From Amoebidium appalachense (lineage: Eukaryota; Protista; Ichthyosporea): 64,000 nt of DNA. The position numbers were made by a program, and so were the translations under genes. This document shows, in pieces, positions 14,366 through 42,879 of this stretch. The notes beneath the pieces are model-generated. The model searched no databases. It saw nothing but the letters and a program-made list of their open reading frames with translations, and had not been told where the DNA came from. The DNA is taken from the NCBI GenBank assembly GCA_963693365.1, contig CAVNZM010000010.1, positions 4,276,159-4,340,158 of the forward strand, given 5' to 3'. How positions within the stretch are numbered: the first letter of the stretch is position 1; every line of letters begins with the position of its first letter.

Positions 14366-16541
14366 AACCTCCCCCCCCCCACTTACCTCTTAACACACAC
14401 GCGCGCACAATCACTCTCTCACTCACCCACTCACTCACTCATTCAACGTGGCACACTCAGACCGGCACTTAAACTCCCACCCCCACAACTCACACGCACG
14501 CTCGCGCGTACCTACACTCTCCTCTCCTACTATCCTGTATTCCGCTAACACTATCTCAGCATACTTATTCGTTCCGTTTTCCATTATCACGGCCATGTGT
14601 CGATCTTGTGTTGGTGCTTCTCCTCCCTTATAGTTCTTTACATCCTTCCTCTGCCGAATAGCCCCCCCCCCTCCCCGCCACTCACTCACACACACAAAAA
14701 CGTTCCCCATAACGGAAACCTCCACCTGCCGTCAACATGTGCATGCAGTCACGTAAGCATTTACAAACAGCAATAGAATGTGACTGGCGACGGCGGCGGT
14801 GTGGTTAATGGGGGGGGGGGGGGGGGGGGGGGGCATAGTGAGAAAGCGATGGGGAGAGGCATGGGATAGAGTATCCCTTAGCAACAGTAAATGATAGGTC
14901 CGTATATATTACCAACACAACTATCTTTCAGGGATGACAAGAAAGTGACCATGTAGTTAATGACCAATACAACACTCAGGCCGGGGCGGGGGATGTGTGG
15001 GAGGCGCTTCTTGCCGGGCGAGGGTTTTTGGAGGCGGGGCAGATGGCCATTTGCATCCACGAGACCGACGCAGACACCTTGGGCCTGCTCATTCGGTCCG
15101 TCTACGGCCTGGCCGGCCATGTGGGCCCCGAAGACTGTGTGCACATGGTCAACGCTGCAGATAAAGTGTGTGTGTGTGCCCATGTAGGTTCTTTGTGTTT
15201 GTTTGTTTCTTTTGTTTTTTGATCTCTTTTTTTTTACTTTTCTTTTTTTCTTTTTTTCTTTTTTTCTTTTTCTTTTTTTTCTTTTTCTTTTTTTTTTTTT
15301 TTTTTTTTTGTGGCGGGGGAGGGGGGGGGGAGGGGGGGGGGGCTTCAAATTTTGCATTCCTACTGCTCCGTGTTACACCTTTGCTGGCCTATCACAGTCG
15401 CCCATCGATTTGGGGTGTGTGGACTTGCGAGCCCCCACTGACCACTCACGTGCAGTTTGGCATGGAGGATCTTCGCACAGCCCTGAGTGCACGCTTTGTC
15501 GAACGGCAGCCGACCTTTGCAGACAACCGTCACCTGTTCCTGCGCGTCGTCATGGGCATGGTGCAAATGGAAGTTGCCAAATCGGAAAGCGAATCGGATG
15601 CAGAGAGTAACCCACTGGCCAAAGTGCCAAAAACGTCTACGGAAGAAACGGACACGAGCTTACTGACGCCGTTGTATTGTGTGGACGAGACGATTAGAAA
15701 CTACTGCTGGGCACAGGTTCTGGCGGGGTTCCAAATATTGCTCGATGAGGATGAGCTATTGGGGCAGATGAGCGAGGAAGTATTGTATTGGCTGTTGTGT
15801 TCGGACGACTTGGATATGCCCGAGATCGAAATCTTTAGGGGGATGGCGAAATGGGCAAAGTTGACGGGGAAACGTGTGTGCAAGGGAAGACCAAATTCTT
15901 CAAACGTGAGCATGGAATTGGAAGACTGTGTGCGCTATCCGTTGATGAGCCGCGCCGAATTTCTGGAGGTAGACGATAGTGATTTGGTATGTGATTGGGT
16001 TGTGAGGCAAGCCTATCGAGCCCGTGCAGAGGGGCACCTGGACGGGGAGGAGATTCTGAAGACCTGGCCTCGACACTGGCTACGCCCACGAATGTCGCAG
16101 CGTGTGGAGTTATCAATGCCGGCCTTTAGTGATGATATGGTTGCCCGGAAGAATCCAATATGTACGTCCGAAGTGTTTTCCTTTGGCGGATATGATTGGG
16201 ATTTTGAATGTAGGTATGAATTGTGGAAAGAAGGCGAACCCGTCGAGGAAAAGCTGCAGTTGTGTCTGTATTTGCACTGGAGGGGTCCGTGTGACGGGTC
16301 GCAAGAGCCAGCACCCGCAGGGGTGATTGCTTCCCTTGGTGTCCGGTGCAAATCGCTGCCCGACGGTCCAGAGTTTAGTATGACTGCCCACTATTCTGAC
16401 CTCAAGGGTAAGGGATATGGCAATATTTGGGGTCGAGACCTCTCTAACCTGGATCGTGATGCCATGCCCCCAGCACTGGCCGCAGGTTGTACACTTACAT
16501 TGGAATACGGGCTGTTTGTTAGGCCATACGGTTCACTCTAG
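12224..16541 (+). CDS. BTB/POZ-BACK domain protein with C-terminal MATH/TRAF-like domain (~473 aa); exons 12224-12373, 14980-15165, 15456-16541
   Basis: BTB motifs LCDVTL..FNVHRVVM, F.EAG..I.I.ETDADTL..LIRSVYG, AADKFG; BACK motifs LLCSDDLDMPEIEIFRGMAKW and VRYPLMS; tail SEVFSFGGYDWDFEC..LCLYLHW. All phase-0 GT-AG introns; CACTGAC branch site near 15436. Confidence 0.88.
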
Positions 16542-17092
16542 TGTTTATTTTGTGTGTGTGGGTGGGTATTTGTGTGTGGGTGATCACACGAGCTCTGCAC
16601 TTGCAGACATGACACCACATGTAGTAAAAAGCTGCAGCTGTGGCGAAATAAAGCTTCGTGTAACATTTGCCCCCCCCCCCCCCCCCCCCCCCCCCCGCGG
16701 TCCAAATGCGATGATTTCGACTCTGTTATCTGCTTGATGGAGAGGTTTGTGGGGGCGGAGGGCGATGCGGGGAGGGGGTAGAAGAGATAGAGAGGGGGGG
16801 GAGAGAGAAAGAGAGAGGGTGTTGGGGGGAGGAGGGGGGGGGGGGGAATAGAGAGAGGGGGGGGGGGGGGAAGAGAGTGAAAGGGGGGGGGGGGGGGGGG
16901 GGGGGACACTTCATCTCTATTGACTCTGAATTCGAACTACTGTCCTGTCCTGCTTTTTGGCTAAAACACACCATGGTTCAATACTGTTTACTCCGGTACT
17001 GAGTTCAATCACTTCTTTGTCGAGTTGGTAATTCTGAATAAATTTCACAACGAAAACGTGCATTCCATCCTATATCTTGGAGCCAGCTGCAG

Positions 17093-17708
17093 GACCACAT
17101 TCGACTTGGGTGATCACCCCAACCTCCTTTCAACTGCATTAAGCACTATCATAAAGTTTGCTCCCAAATATGTATGCATGCATATGAAGTGTGTTGGCAG
17201 AGTTTGCTCCAAAGTGGTCGGAAGGTAATCCTTCATGTGTAGCAGAAATGATTGATGTCCATGAGTCACCTCCCTTCTGGCCTCTCCCCCTATCGTGCAC
17301 GTGCATCCAATATTCACCCACCACTGATCGACACACCTACAAGTTGGTCTCCTCGAACAAACCGACACACCTACAAGTTGGTCTCCTCGAACAAACGAGC
17401 TCACATTGGGTACCGTGGCACCCGAATTAAGGGAGAACAAGGGCATACGACCAGTTGAAGTTTCGTATTCTGTTCCGTGAGAATTGTGTGGATGGGTGGA
17501 AATGTACAGCTAACGTGTCCGTAGTTATCCTGGACCTTGTCAACGTACAGAGAACAACGACAAAGCTCTGCCTGCATGTACAGTATGCAAGTGGACAGGT
17601 GCAGTGCCTGTGTTTATTCCTATCCTTCCTATCTAATTCTTCCCTCCCCCTCTCCCCCTAACCTTCCACCCCTCGCCATTGAATCCTCCCCCCATCCCCA
17701 TCCTCCCC

Positions 17709-17781
<73 letters not shown>

Positions 17782-18170
17782 CACCCCCCCCACCCCACCA
17801 CCACCACCACCACCACCACCACCACCACCAACCCACCCACCCATCTTCTTACTTACTAGAATCAGGTCGCCGCTGGGTCAGACATCTGATCTTCATTTTT
17901 TGATTGGCATCGGCTTGTTATTCTCCCTATGTGGCTGTTGTAACCGTTGCACTTAGGAGTTGTGTTAAGAGGGCAGGCCCTGGCATAGCGGTTCAGGAAG
18001 CTTTTTCAGACACTCGGACCATTGTCAGTGGGCAAACAGCAACAGATGATGACAAGTTCAAGTTCCCTCTGAGGAATGCTGAGGAATGGAAGAACGAACC
18101 CAGCTACACCACTGGCATAGGCCTAGGTGTGGGGGAAACGGAGTTTGGAGTGTTTGTGAGACACGGGCAA
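17093..18170 (+). other. Exon-like fragments of an unidentified gene or pseudogene (best exon ~17957-18170)
   Basis: AG...GT-bounded open stretch SCVKRAGPGIAVQEAFSDTRTIVSGQ..EFGVFVRHGQ plus smaller pieces (TTFDLGDHPNLLSTALSTIIKFAPKY). No coherent model. Confidence 0.3.
17329..17396. repeat. Perfect 34-bp tandem duplication
   Basis: cgacacacctacaagttggtctcctcgaacaaac x2. Confidence 0.9.
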
Positions 18171-18189
18171 GTGTGTGGGTTTTTTGGGG

Positions 18190-18236
<47 letters not shown>

Positions 18237-18489
18237 GGCGGAAGGGGCCTGCACGTGGGGGCGGGCGCGGGGAGGAGGGGGGGGACGTGGAGGGGGGAGA
18301 ACATGTTTCTCTTTTCCCCTTTCCTTCTCTTTTTCTTTATATGTTGTTTGGGGTGGTGGATAAGAAGCTCTCTATTTGAGCTTTTCCCCCCCTTTTTAGA
18401 GTCAGATTTTTTGTGCTCGCCCTTCATAAATTACTTAGATTAAATAGGATTGCAGGCATGAGTAAGCACACTCGCGCGCGCCTCGCGCG

Positions 18490-18555
<66 letters not shown>

Positions 18556-18749
18556 CGCGCGCGCGTGTGTCTTTGTGCTGTGTATGTGTGTATGCGCGCG
18601 TGCAAATGCGCGTGTGTAAAATTTTTTGGGGTTAGGGGGGAGGGGGGGAGAAACATGGAGTCTTCACACTTGAAGGGGGGAGGGGGGAGGGGGGGGGGGG
18701 AGGGGGGAATTCGACCCTTTCAGACGAAAAATCGGCAATAGTTGTTGGT

Positions 18750-18792
<43 letters not shown>

Positions 18793-18853
18793 GGAAGGAG
18801 GGTACCACACTTCCACCACATGCACCCCACTCCACCATATCCCCTCCCCAACC

Positions 18854-18951
<98 letters not shown>

Positions 18952-19629
18952 AATGTGGAAATGTTGTCCAAAAAGGTCAACCACATCCATTCACGAAAAT
19001 AAATAAGTAATGCTATTTGATTCAGACAAGTTGTTACTGTAGCACCAAAATAAATTTACTATAATAAGACTTCGGCAGTTCCTCATAGCCCAATCCACTG
19101 CCTCAAAAAAAATCACTTCACGTTCCTGCCATTCCGTGGATGCCCTGCTTTCCGACTGCCAGGCATGTTTATTTTTTCCTCCGAGTTCAATCAGTGAAGT
19201 CTTTGCAAAGCCAATACTCTTTAGTTACGATCACGTAGTGGAAATCATTTTCTGAAACTCATGATGTTTAACTTAATTCATGTGTTTACATAGCATAAGA
19301 CATCGGTATGGTTCATAAATTTGTCCCACATGTGCACAATCAAACACGAAAACCCGCTCAACATACCATTCTTGAGGCCGGGACCAAGCCCGACTGGGTG
19401 ACCACGCCAATCCAGTTGCTGCTGCAGCTAATTTACAGTGGTTGCAGATAGCTCCACCAATGTTGCAATGAGTACTTTGCCAACGTCAGGCCTCTGGCAG
19501 TGCTCCAAAGCCGCTGCACAACGGCGCCGGTGTACTCACTCTGGGTCACCCATCAAATGTAGCTGAATGTTTGACCTCAATCCATAACCCTCTCCACCCC
19601 TTCCCCCTAGGCCTCCCCCCCCCCCCTTC

Positions 19630-19672
<43 letters not shown>

Positions 19673-19754
19673 ACCTCTCCCCCCCTCCTCCCCACCCCCT
19701 CCCCCTAGGCCTCCCCCCCACCTCCTTCTTCCCCCCACCCCACCCCCTCTCAAC

Positions 19755-19791
<37 letters not shown>

Positions 19792-20285
19792 ACACCACCA
19801 CCACAATTTCTGCACCTCCAAACCCCAACCCTCACCCCCCACCTCGATCAACGATTATGTACCCCGCCAACGCCTCCACAGTGTCACCAGCCAACACGAC
19901 GACGAGGCCTCAACCGGGAGAGGTCACTGATATTAATGAGTGAACTGTGAATAGCCTTTAAGAGGAAATCAATGGGGTGTTGAAGGTCCACAGACGAAGT
20001 TCAACTCACTTTCTGTCCCGTGAAGTGTGACGGTGTGTTACAGTATCAGGCTGTGTTATGGTTGAGCTTTGAGAAGTTCAACCCAAAATCGACGAAGTTA
20101 CGACGCAGCTGTGTGTGTACATATGCCATGTAATACTATCCTCGTAAATGAGATGCGAACACAGAAGTTCATGAGAGTTAACAAAGCCTTCACTTGTGTG
20201 CACCTGTTACCGTATATACATGTGGGGTAACCTCCCTCATCCCCCCTTTCCCTTCAACCGGGAGTCCTTCGATGATTACAGTATA

Positions 20286-20323
<38 letters not shown>

Positions 20324-20401
20324 TTCTACTAATATAAACTACCCTCCGGATCATCCCCCCCCCCCCCCCCCCCCGCCCCCGCCCCCCTCCCCCGGCCCCC
20401 C

Positions 20402-20436
<35 letters not shown>

Positions 20437-21875
20437 ACACACACACACATGTTGCCAGTAAAACGTTTGTTGAGCATTTGGCCGGCCTGCTGCATTTTTG
20501 GAGGGTAGGCGGTGCTAATACTTGTAAGAAGGGAGAAACCACAAAACTTTTGTGGCTCTAGTTGCTAGTAAGAGAGAACAAGTCTGTGTTCCAAATTGCA
20601 TAGCATGGAACACGATGATCCATACATTATGCCACTCTATTTTTTAACATGTTCACAAACGTGCTACCTAATAAACCTTTGACGTGGTCAAGATCCCACA
20701 TTCGGGCACGAAAACCTGCACAAAATATATCGGATACTCCCTATACGGGGCTACGTGTGAGTGGGCGATCACATGAGCTCTCACCTTGCAGACTGACACC
20801 GCATGGGGGTCAAGGCTGCAGTTTACATTTTGTTCCGAGCCTCGCCCATCACATGTTTGCTGCGTAATCACATATATTGATCCCCCCCCCCCCCCCACCA
20901 CCAACCCACACACACTCCAAAAAAATGTTTTTGTAGACAAAACCCGGAATTCGAAATAGCAGCGGAATCCCATATATAACAGCCACGGAGTGACCCGGCC
21001 ATTGGCAATTTGGGGCATGGATGTATATGCCATAGTGCATAGCTATAGTTGTATGTAATACGTACCGGGGGCTATATCCATGGTTGTGTGTCCGCGAAAT
21101 ACTAATATTAGTCGGCCTAGGGCGAGTAGGTCTTTTTTCAGCCTTCTTCGAATCAGTGACGTTTCCTCAGGCTTCTTGGATCCAACTTCTTTCGATAAGA
21201 CAAGACAAGGTTTCGAAAGAGAGGTCTATATTAGACGTGAAAAAGACGCATTTAGACTAATGTAACAGAGTACATAGGCCTAAAGATTATATCAGAAAGG
21301 GAGGAGTCGAGGAGAGCCCTATCATACTGTGCCTGTACTGATGGCATGTGGTCAATAATATCCGGATGGTCATGATCATCTCATAGGTCTATACATTAAG
21401 ACACCGTGGTAGTAAGTTGAATAAATTCAGTCAAAAAAATAAAAGTTCTCAAGCATATAACAAACTATGGGGGCACGATCTGGTAAGGCTTTAAAAAAAC
21501 CAGTGGGTTTAGTAACCACTAGCTTAGGCTACATCACTATCTTAACATTAACAGTGATCTTAACACTCGCTTATTTCAAATTCAGGTGTTTAATTAAAAA
21601 ACATAGTACCTAATAAAGCATACGTTATCATATGCCTCAACTAATAATTTGGCGGCATCATTCATTTTCTATGCTTAATAGCAGTGTGTTGACTTGTTGT
21701 CCCGAGGAAGGCGGCCACCACATATGTATCATAAGTTAACCCTCGAGGAATACACATCCCCAATATTTATATCTCCCACACCCTCCTACCTCTAGCCTTC
21801 AGATCCAATAATCAGGCACCCATATAAATCCCCCCCTCCAGGTACGTCTTGTTATCAAAATCCGAAGTACACATT

Positions 21876-22772
21876 TTACCACTTCACCCCAGTAGCTTCC
21901 TCCGAGAGCGTCCACAACCTTCTAGCGCTTTCCGGATCCGTGGCGTGGGGTGCGGGTTTGGCCACGTTACAATCTGAAAAGTATTTGCCGCTTTCTGATT
22001 GGATCCCGGGGGCCATGGCAAGGTACACTGTGGTTGCTGCCCCCTGTGGAATGCTCTTATGTAGAACCCCACCTGCAATAGATTGGCTCGTTAGGTTATT
22101 TCTTCTTTGAGCGATGTGTCATGGTCTAAATGCAGGGAAAAAGAAGGAGGGGGGGGGGGGGGGGGGGGGGGAGGGGGAGGGGGAAAGGAGGGAGAGGGTG
22201 GTTGGAATGCATTACAGAGTGCCCGGGGGAGGGGGGGGGGGGGGGGGAGGGGGGAGAGGAGGGGGGCTCGTCCCGTTCTTATTCTTTTCCTTGTTTTGTC
22301 CTTCTCCCTACCCTATCAACCTTCCCATTCTCCCCTCTCTTCCCCTTCTTTCCCCTTTGGTCTCTTTTGCCCTCTGTGGGAAAGATACTTGCGTGTGCGT
22401 TTTCCATCTCTATCCTTTTCATACCTCTTTGTTCCCCCCCCCCCCCCCCCCTCCCCCCCCCTCCCCCTCCCCCCTTTCTCCTTCTGGTGGTCCCCCCTCC
22501 CCCCTCCCTCCCCCCCCCCCCCCCCCTCCCCCCCCAAAAAAAAGAAAAAAAAAGAAAAAAAAAACTTTTCCCTTGTGGTGGTTGTCGTCGTGGTGGTGGT
22601 GGTGGTGGTCTCCCGGGGGGAAGGGGGGAAGGGGGGGGGAGGAGGGGGGGGGGGGGGGGTGAGACCAACTGCCGTGTTTTTGTACTCTCTTATCTGCTTT
22701 AGGAAAAGTCCTGCAGGGGCGGGGTGCAGGGGGGAGAGAGGGGAGAGAAAGAGAGATAGAGAGAAGAGAGAA

Positions 22773-22844
<72 letters not shown>

Positions 22845-22920
22845 GAGAGAGTGTGTGTGAGAGAGGGGAGGGGGTGGGGGCGAGAGGGAGCGGGCAGGCG
22901 GGCACGAAGAGCGTGTGTGT

Positions 22921-22951
<31 letters not shown>

Positions 22952-23836
22952 GGGAGACATCACGTACCTAGACTGAAGATCATCGAGAACCAATCTGCAC
23001 CCATATGACGGCTCAACTCAGTATTGATAACCCCCGGATGCAGCGCATTCACAGTGATATCCAAATTTCGATCACGCAATCTCCTACTCAGTTCGACCGT
23101 AAACAGCATATTTGCGCATTTGGATTGGCAGTACGCCCGTAATTTCCGCAGAATCGAGTCCGTATACCAAGTTCCCTTTCCTGTAATGTCATCGAAATCG
23201 ATCGCGTTTTGGCGGTGTCCGGCGGAAGAAAGAACGACGATCCGTGACGGTTGCGCCTTTTCCAAAGATGGAAGGAGGAGGAGGGTAAGAAGAAAATGGC
23301 CAAAATGATTGGTCCCCATTTGGAGTTCCAACCCGTCGGCCGTTTCCATGTACGGGCACATAGCAACCGCGGCATTGTTGATCAAAACATGCAGCGGGAC
23401 GTCCAGGGTGAGAAACTCGGCCGCGGCTTTACGGATCGAAGCGAAATCGGAGAGATCCAGTTGGATCAGTGTTATGTCTGCGTTAGGCTGTCCCTTCAAG
23501 ATATCGTCGATTGCCGATTGGCCACGCGTTTTGTCCCGGCATGCCATGTAGATATGTGCCCCCCTACTGGCAAGCACACGGACCGTCTCTTTGCCCAAGC
23601 CTGTGATGTCCAGAAGAAAGGGGGGGAGGGGGGGGTTTTGGGGGGGGGGGGGGGGGCGGGAGAGGTGGCGGAAAGAGGGGAGAGGGGGAGTAAGGGTAAG
23701 GCGACGGTTTCTACATGAAGTGCCAAATCCACACAACTACGCTACAGATCCGGCCAAGAGCACATCAAGAAGGCAAAACACGAGCATGGAGATTATGCAA
23801 CAAGTTCAGACCCCATCCTCAAATGTGTTTGCACGC

Positions 23837-23875
<39 letters not shown>

Positions 23876-24165
23876 GGGGGGGGGAAGGCAGAAACGTAAG
23901 TTATTGATGTGAGTGGGTGATGGAGTAGAAAAGCAAACACGAGAGAAAGAATAGGCTAGATGTGAGAAAGAAGAAGGGCAACGATGTATGTGAAGTGTGT
24001 GGCTGGAAAATGAGGAGCGGATGGAAATGCCAAGGTGTGTGTGTGTGTGTTGGGGGGGGGGGGGGGGGGGGGGGGGGGGAGGAAGGGAGTAAGAGGGGGT
24101 CGGTGGCAAGAAAAATCATGTGGCTGCACGGAATCGCGACATTCCGTGCGTGCCCGTGTGTGCGG

Positions 24166-24225
<60 letters not shown>

Positions 24226-25873
24226 CGTCTGTGTGGGCGCGGTCTTGCGGCCGTGCATTCTTGGCTGTGCACGTAAAGGTGCGAGTCTCTGCTTGCGTAG
24301 GTGCTCTGCTGTCTTTATCCGAGGGAGAACATGAACCCACACACACACACCAAAACACACGTGCACGCGCGAAAAAACACACACACAAAGAGTACAGACA
24401 GACGGCCGAGAGACACAGAGACGATAGAGGTGAGGGGGGGATCGGGGAGGAAGGGAGAGACGGAGACAAGAAAAAGGGTGTGTATGCATGGAGTGTTGCC
24501 CGCATAAAACTTTGTATGGGTGTCAGTGTATAGTTTACTTATCGAGCCCATAGCACCAATAGCTCGTACAACAACTATTGCCGTGCTACCTCTCCAACCA
24601 ACATCCAGGACTATTACTATTGTTAGACCAAATGTCACGCACGCACACACGCAAGCACGCACGCATACACACATAGCATGCGCGCAAGCACACACGCAAG
24701 CACGCACACACGCAAACACCCAGGCACACACACGCGGAGGAGGTTTGGGAAGTGGGGGGCGCGGGGGGAAGGGGGGTAAAAATAGGGTACCTAATTGGAT
24801 ACTGGAAGGAAGAAAGGCCACAAAACAAAAAAAAAAGGGGGGAGGGGGGGGGGGGGGGGGGAGGGGGAGAAGATTTGAAGGGAAGAAATGGACTCAGAGG
24901 CTCAGGTAAAGCAATCGAAATGAAGATGCAGCGAGAATGGCAGAGAGGATGGAAAAAAGAGAGTGTGTGTGTGCAAAGGTTGCCTTGTGAAGGTTGCAGT
25001 ACATATGAGAGTGAGCGCCGGGAGTGAGTTAGCAAAAAAAGTGTGTGCGTTAGTGGGTAAGGGTTAGTGTGAGTAAAGCAATGAGCGAGTGGTGGGATAT
25101 TTGGGTGACAAGTTACAACCATTGAGTGAGTGAACGCGTGGATGCACACGTTGTGTGTTGCTGTCATTATGTGCCAAGACACATAAGCAACTCCAGTTGT
25201 GTATAAAGGCAGAGAGAAGAGCTGGGGGGTCGGAGGGTTGAGAAAAAGGTCACTAGTTCTGAGAAAAAAAAAAGATCAAGGCCGTAAGCAGGGGATCCCC
25301 CCGTGCCATAGGGAGAAACAAGGATGCATGGAGAAAAAGAAGGTGTGAAACAAAACGTCAAACACAGACGGGAAAGAGGAAAATGGGGAAGGGAAGGAAA
25401 GAGGGAGGTATGGAGGAAGAGAGGGAGGCAGCGGTGCAGGGAAGGTAAGAACGAAGGTGGCTTGGGGAAAGAAGGCAGAAGGTAGACTGCACATTGAGCT
25501 GAGAGCCTAGAGGGGAGTTAGAGGGAGAAACATCTCTCTACGCATGCATGTGCAAAGATGTCCGTGTATGTCGTGCGCTCGAGTTCGCTTTAATTGTGCA
25601 AGCGTGTGTTTGTGCATCGGTGCTAACGTGCCTGATGAATACGCCGACGGTCTATCTCCCCGTCATGTTAGTGCCAGGAAAGAGAAGAAATGAACCTCAC
25701 ATGAGTACCATGGAAGGCCACACACCTGTATTTCCACCAGTTATAAAAACGTTTTTCCCAGTCAGATCCACGTTCTCCTTCTGCACGACCTCTTCTGCAG
25801 TTGTTGCCCACCCATAGCCGTTGCTACGGGCGCTGCCCTCCATATTCACCACACTGTTGATTATGTTCCCCAT
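21876..25873 (-). CDS. Short-chain dehydrogenase/reductase, retinol dehydrogenase (RDH11-14)/WWOX/TIC32-like, ~325 aa; exons 25873-25726, 23600-22968, 22072-21876
   Basis: Spliced TGGNTGLG Rossmann motif, LDLSD, LINNA, MGTNHFGHF, catalytic YCQSK, NALHPG, QGAATT, GKYFSDC, RRLWTLSE. Exon lengths sum to 978 nt. Confidence 0.93.
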
Positions 25874-26398
25874 CGTTAAGAGAATGTGTGTGGTTTTGGC
25901 ACTCAGTGTGCTCGTACTCACAGCTTCAGGTATACAGCCCGGCGTGGTCTCAGTGTGGACCATTTCACATTCGATTGTTGGTTTTTGGTGCTGGAACCTC
26001 TGGTGATTGCGCAAACCGCTACCGAAAGTGTTGGATGTTACTAAAAATAGATTCTCCACTCCCCAGGCTGGGAAGGGGAGGGGGGATGTCGGGGTACACT
26101 TACAATACGTGTAGCCGTGGGCACTTGGTTTAATTTACCACAATGTGTGGTATTATTCTTATTTCTTCTCTTGCAAAATGGGAAAAATGAAACAACAAAA
26201 CTGTTGGTACGAACGTACATGTACCACACCTATTAGTATGGTGCACAACTGGAAAATTTGGCCGTGGCAAACTATCATATTATATCTGCCAAAGCTATCT
26301 GTGCACAAGTAACACGGTCAGCACTCGTGGTGTTGGGAAGCCGGAAAATAGGTGTGGATATTCTTATCAATAAAGTACAACCGAGTCAGGAAAAATTC

Positions 26399-26459
<61 letters not shown>

Positions 26460-26745
26460 ACACACACACTTCCCCGTCCCTACGATCATACTCCAACTCT
26501 AAATCATGATTTTTCTCTCGGGGAAGAAAAAGGAACGCCAGACAAAATACTCTCTTTGGCATACAGTATGCCTTGCTAGCCTATTGTCAACGAACACGGA
26601 TGGATTAAGGCTCCAACCCAACCACATTTCCCTACACTCACAACCAAAGCACTACAACTAGTATACAATTAGATCACACCTCAAACTGTCATCCGTACAC
26701 ATCAAACACAAAACACATATATCCTCCCACCATCAATTTCTCCTT

Positions 26746-40929
<14,184 letters not shown>

Positions 40930-41998
40930 TTTCTATCTGCAAAACGAATGTTGCGGTCAGAAGCTGTAAAACAAACCTTGCGGTCACAATATTTCGTACC
41001 ACAGACAGCAATTTTCTCAAAGAAAATGAGCTGCGCTTTGCTCTTTTTCTTATATATATATAGGATACACCTACGGCGATGACAGGAACGTGTTCTGGCT
41101 GAGGCGGTGATGGGAAAGAATGTTTAAGGGCTTTAAAGCACTAAAGGGCCCTCTATCCTGTGGAAGCGACAACTCGTGGGTGATACGTACAATGAAAAAA
41201 GCACTTTCCACCAGGTGCTTATATCGTGTGCAACATCGTTTGCTCTTGTCAGCAACGAAGAAACTCCGGTGTCGTGTGGTAGCAGCCAGCCAAGAAATAG
41301 AGCACACGCTAGACAGCAAAAAGGGCGTACACTAATACTAATGCAACGGTTATTATCAACAAATTTTCTGCCAAATCTATCTTAGCTCTACTTTGTTTGC
41401 TCCATGCTTGATTGTAATGTTGGTAACATCATATATCGCAAGTGGAAGTTGAAAGGGTTCCAAAAACGATGTGCCTTGTGCGACCGTTGTGCCGTTGCGG
41501 ACGTGAAGCCTGTTGCCGGACTTGCCGCTCAAACCTCTGATCCAATCACAAATCTGCGTAAAATTCTCGTTGACTTAATATGGTCATTCCAAATGTTACG
41601 TCGAATGGAAATTCACTAATAAAAAAAGGCCTCAACGGGCGATCCGGCAGCACTGAACGGCGCTAGGGAACTCGGTCAACTCAGTTTTTCGTTTCTGGCT
41701 TCGAAAGTTTGTCTTTGCAATTGCCTGCATTTGCATGCCTACGAACTTTGGGGACTTTTTCACGCACCCAGAGAAAGGCTTCAAAGCTCACCGTTTTCCC
41801 TGGTTCTTTTATTGACCTTCACAGATATTAGCAAACCCCATCTCAACCCGGCGTTAGGGAAGCCTGTTCAGCCAATGAGCATCTCTTAGATCCAAGATCC
41901 ACTCGAGGAAGACGTAACGGCCACTAACTAGAACCAAAGTTTCTTGTCTAAATTTCAATACATGCGCGTATGTCTATAGGAAGAATAGGATACTGAAA
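40930..41998. promoter_or_regulatory. Divergent promoter region between TPX2 and COMMD8 with CCAAT boxes and seven AACGG/CCGTT Myb-type sites
   Basis: Repeat-free, CpG-containing interval. CCAAT at ~41542 and ~41872; AACGG/CCGTT at 41345, 41484, 41492, 41634, 41656, 41791, 41916. Confidence 0.6.
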
Positions 41999-42389
41999 AT
42001 GAGCGAAGTTGATGCGTTAGAAAGTAATTCAAACCTCAAACCTCTGGAATCAGTGGCAGACATCAGGCAGGTGAGCTGCTTGAAGGCACCATTTTTGTGC
42101 CAGTAACACACACGCACACATATACGCACACTTTTTCATTTCTCTCTCTCCACACGCACGAGCGCGAACGCACACACACACTCTCATTCATTCTTCCCAC
42201 TCCACACCTCCCTCCCCCTCCCTCCGTCTCCCTCTCTCCCTCACCCCCCCTCCCCCTCTTTCAGATCCTCTCTCTCCCTCTTTCTCTCTATATCTCTCTC
42301 TATCTCTCTTTCTCTCCCCCCCCTCCCCCCTCCCTCTCGCTCCCTCTTTCTCTCCCTCTCTTCTCTCTCTGTCTCTCTCTTTTTCTCTT

Positions 42390-42421
<32 letters not shown>

Positions 42422-42841
42422 CCCTCCCCCTCTCTCTCTCTGTCCGCGCCGCTCCCCTCTCTCTCTCGCTAGCCCTCACCCTCGCCCTCGCTCTCTACCA
42501 ATCTCTCTCGAAATCTCTGAAAATCTCTCGCAACATCTTTTTCTATTCCCCTGCTCCCTCATCTCCCTCCCCCCCCCCCCCCCCCCCCCCCTTCCCACGC
42601 TCTCTTTCCATTCAGGCCCCATTCGTCCTCCCTCCACCACACCATCCCCAGTACTGCCACCATTCACCCATTTTTCCCCTGGGACTCGTCGCCATGTCCC
42701 TCATCTAGCAGTCTTTCGCCTGTCCCGTTGCCCATCCCACCATCCCCTCAAACCATTCCCTCGTTCTCTTGCCTCTGGCGCCATCTTTTCTCTTTCCCAT
42801 TCTCGGCATCCGGTAAATTCCTGTGAGCCAGTTCCCACCTC

Positions 42842-42879
<38 letters not shown>

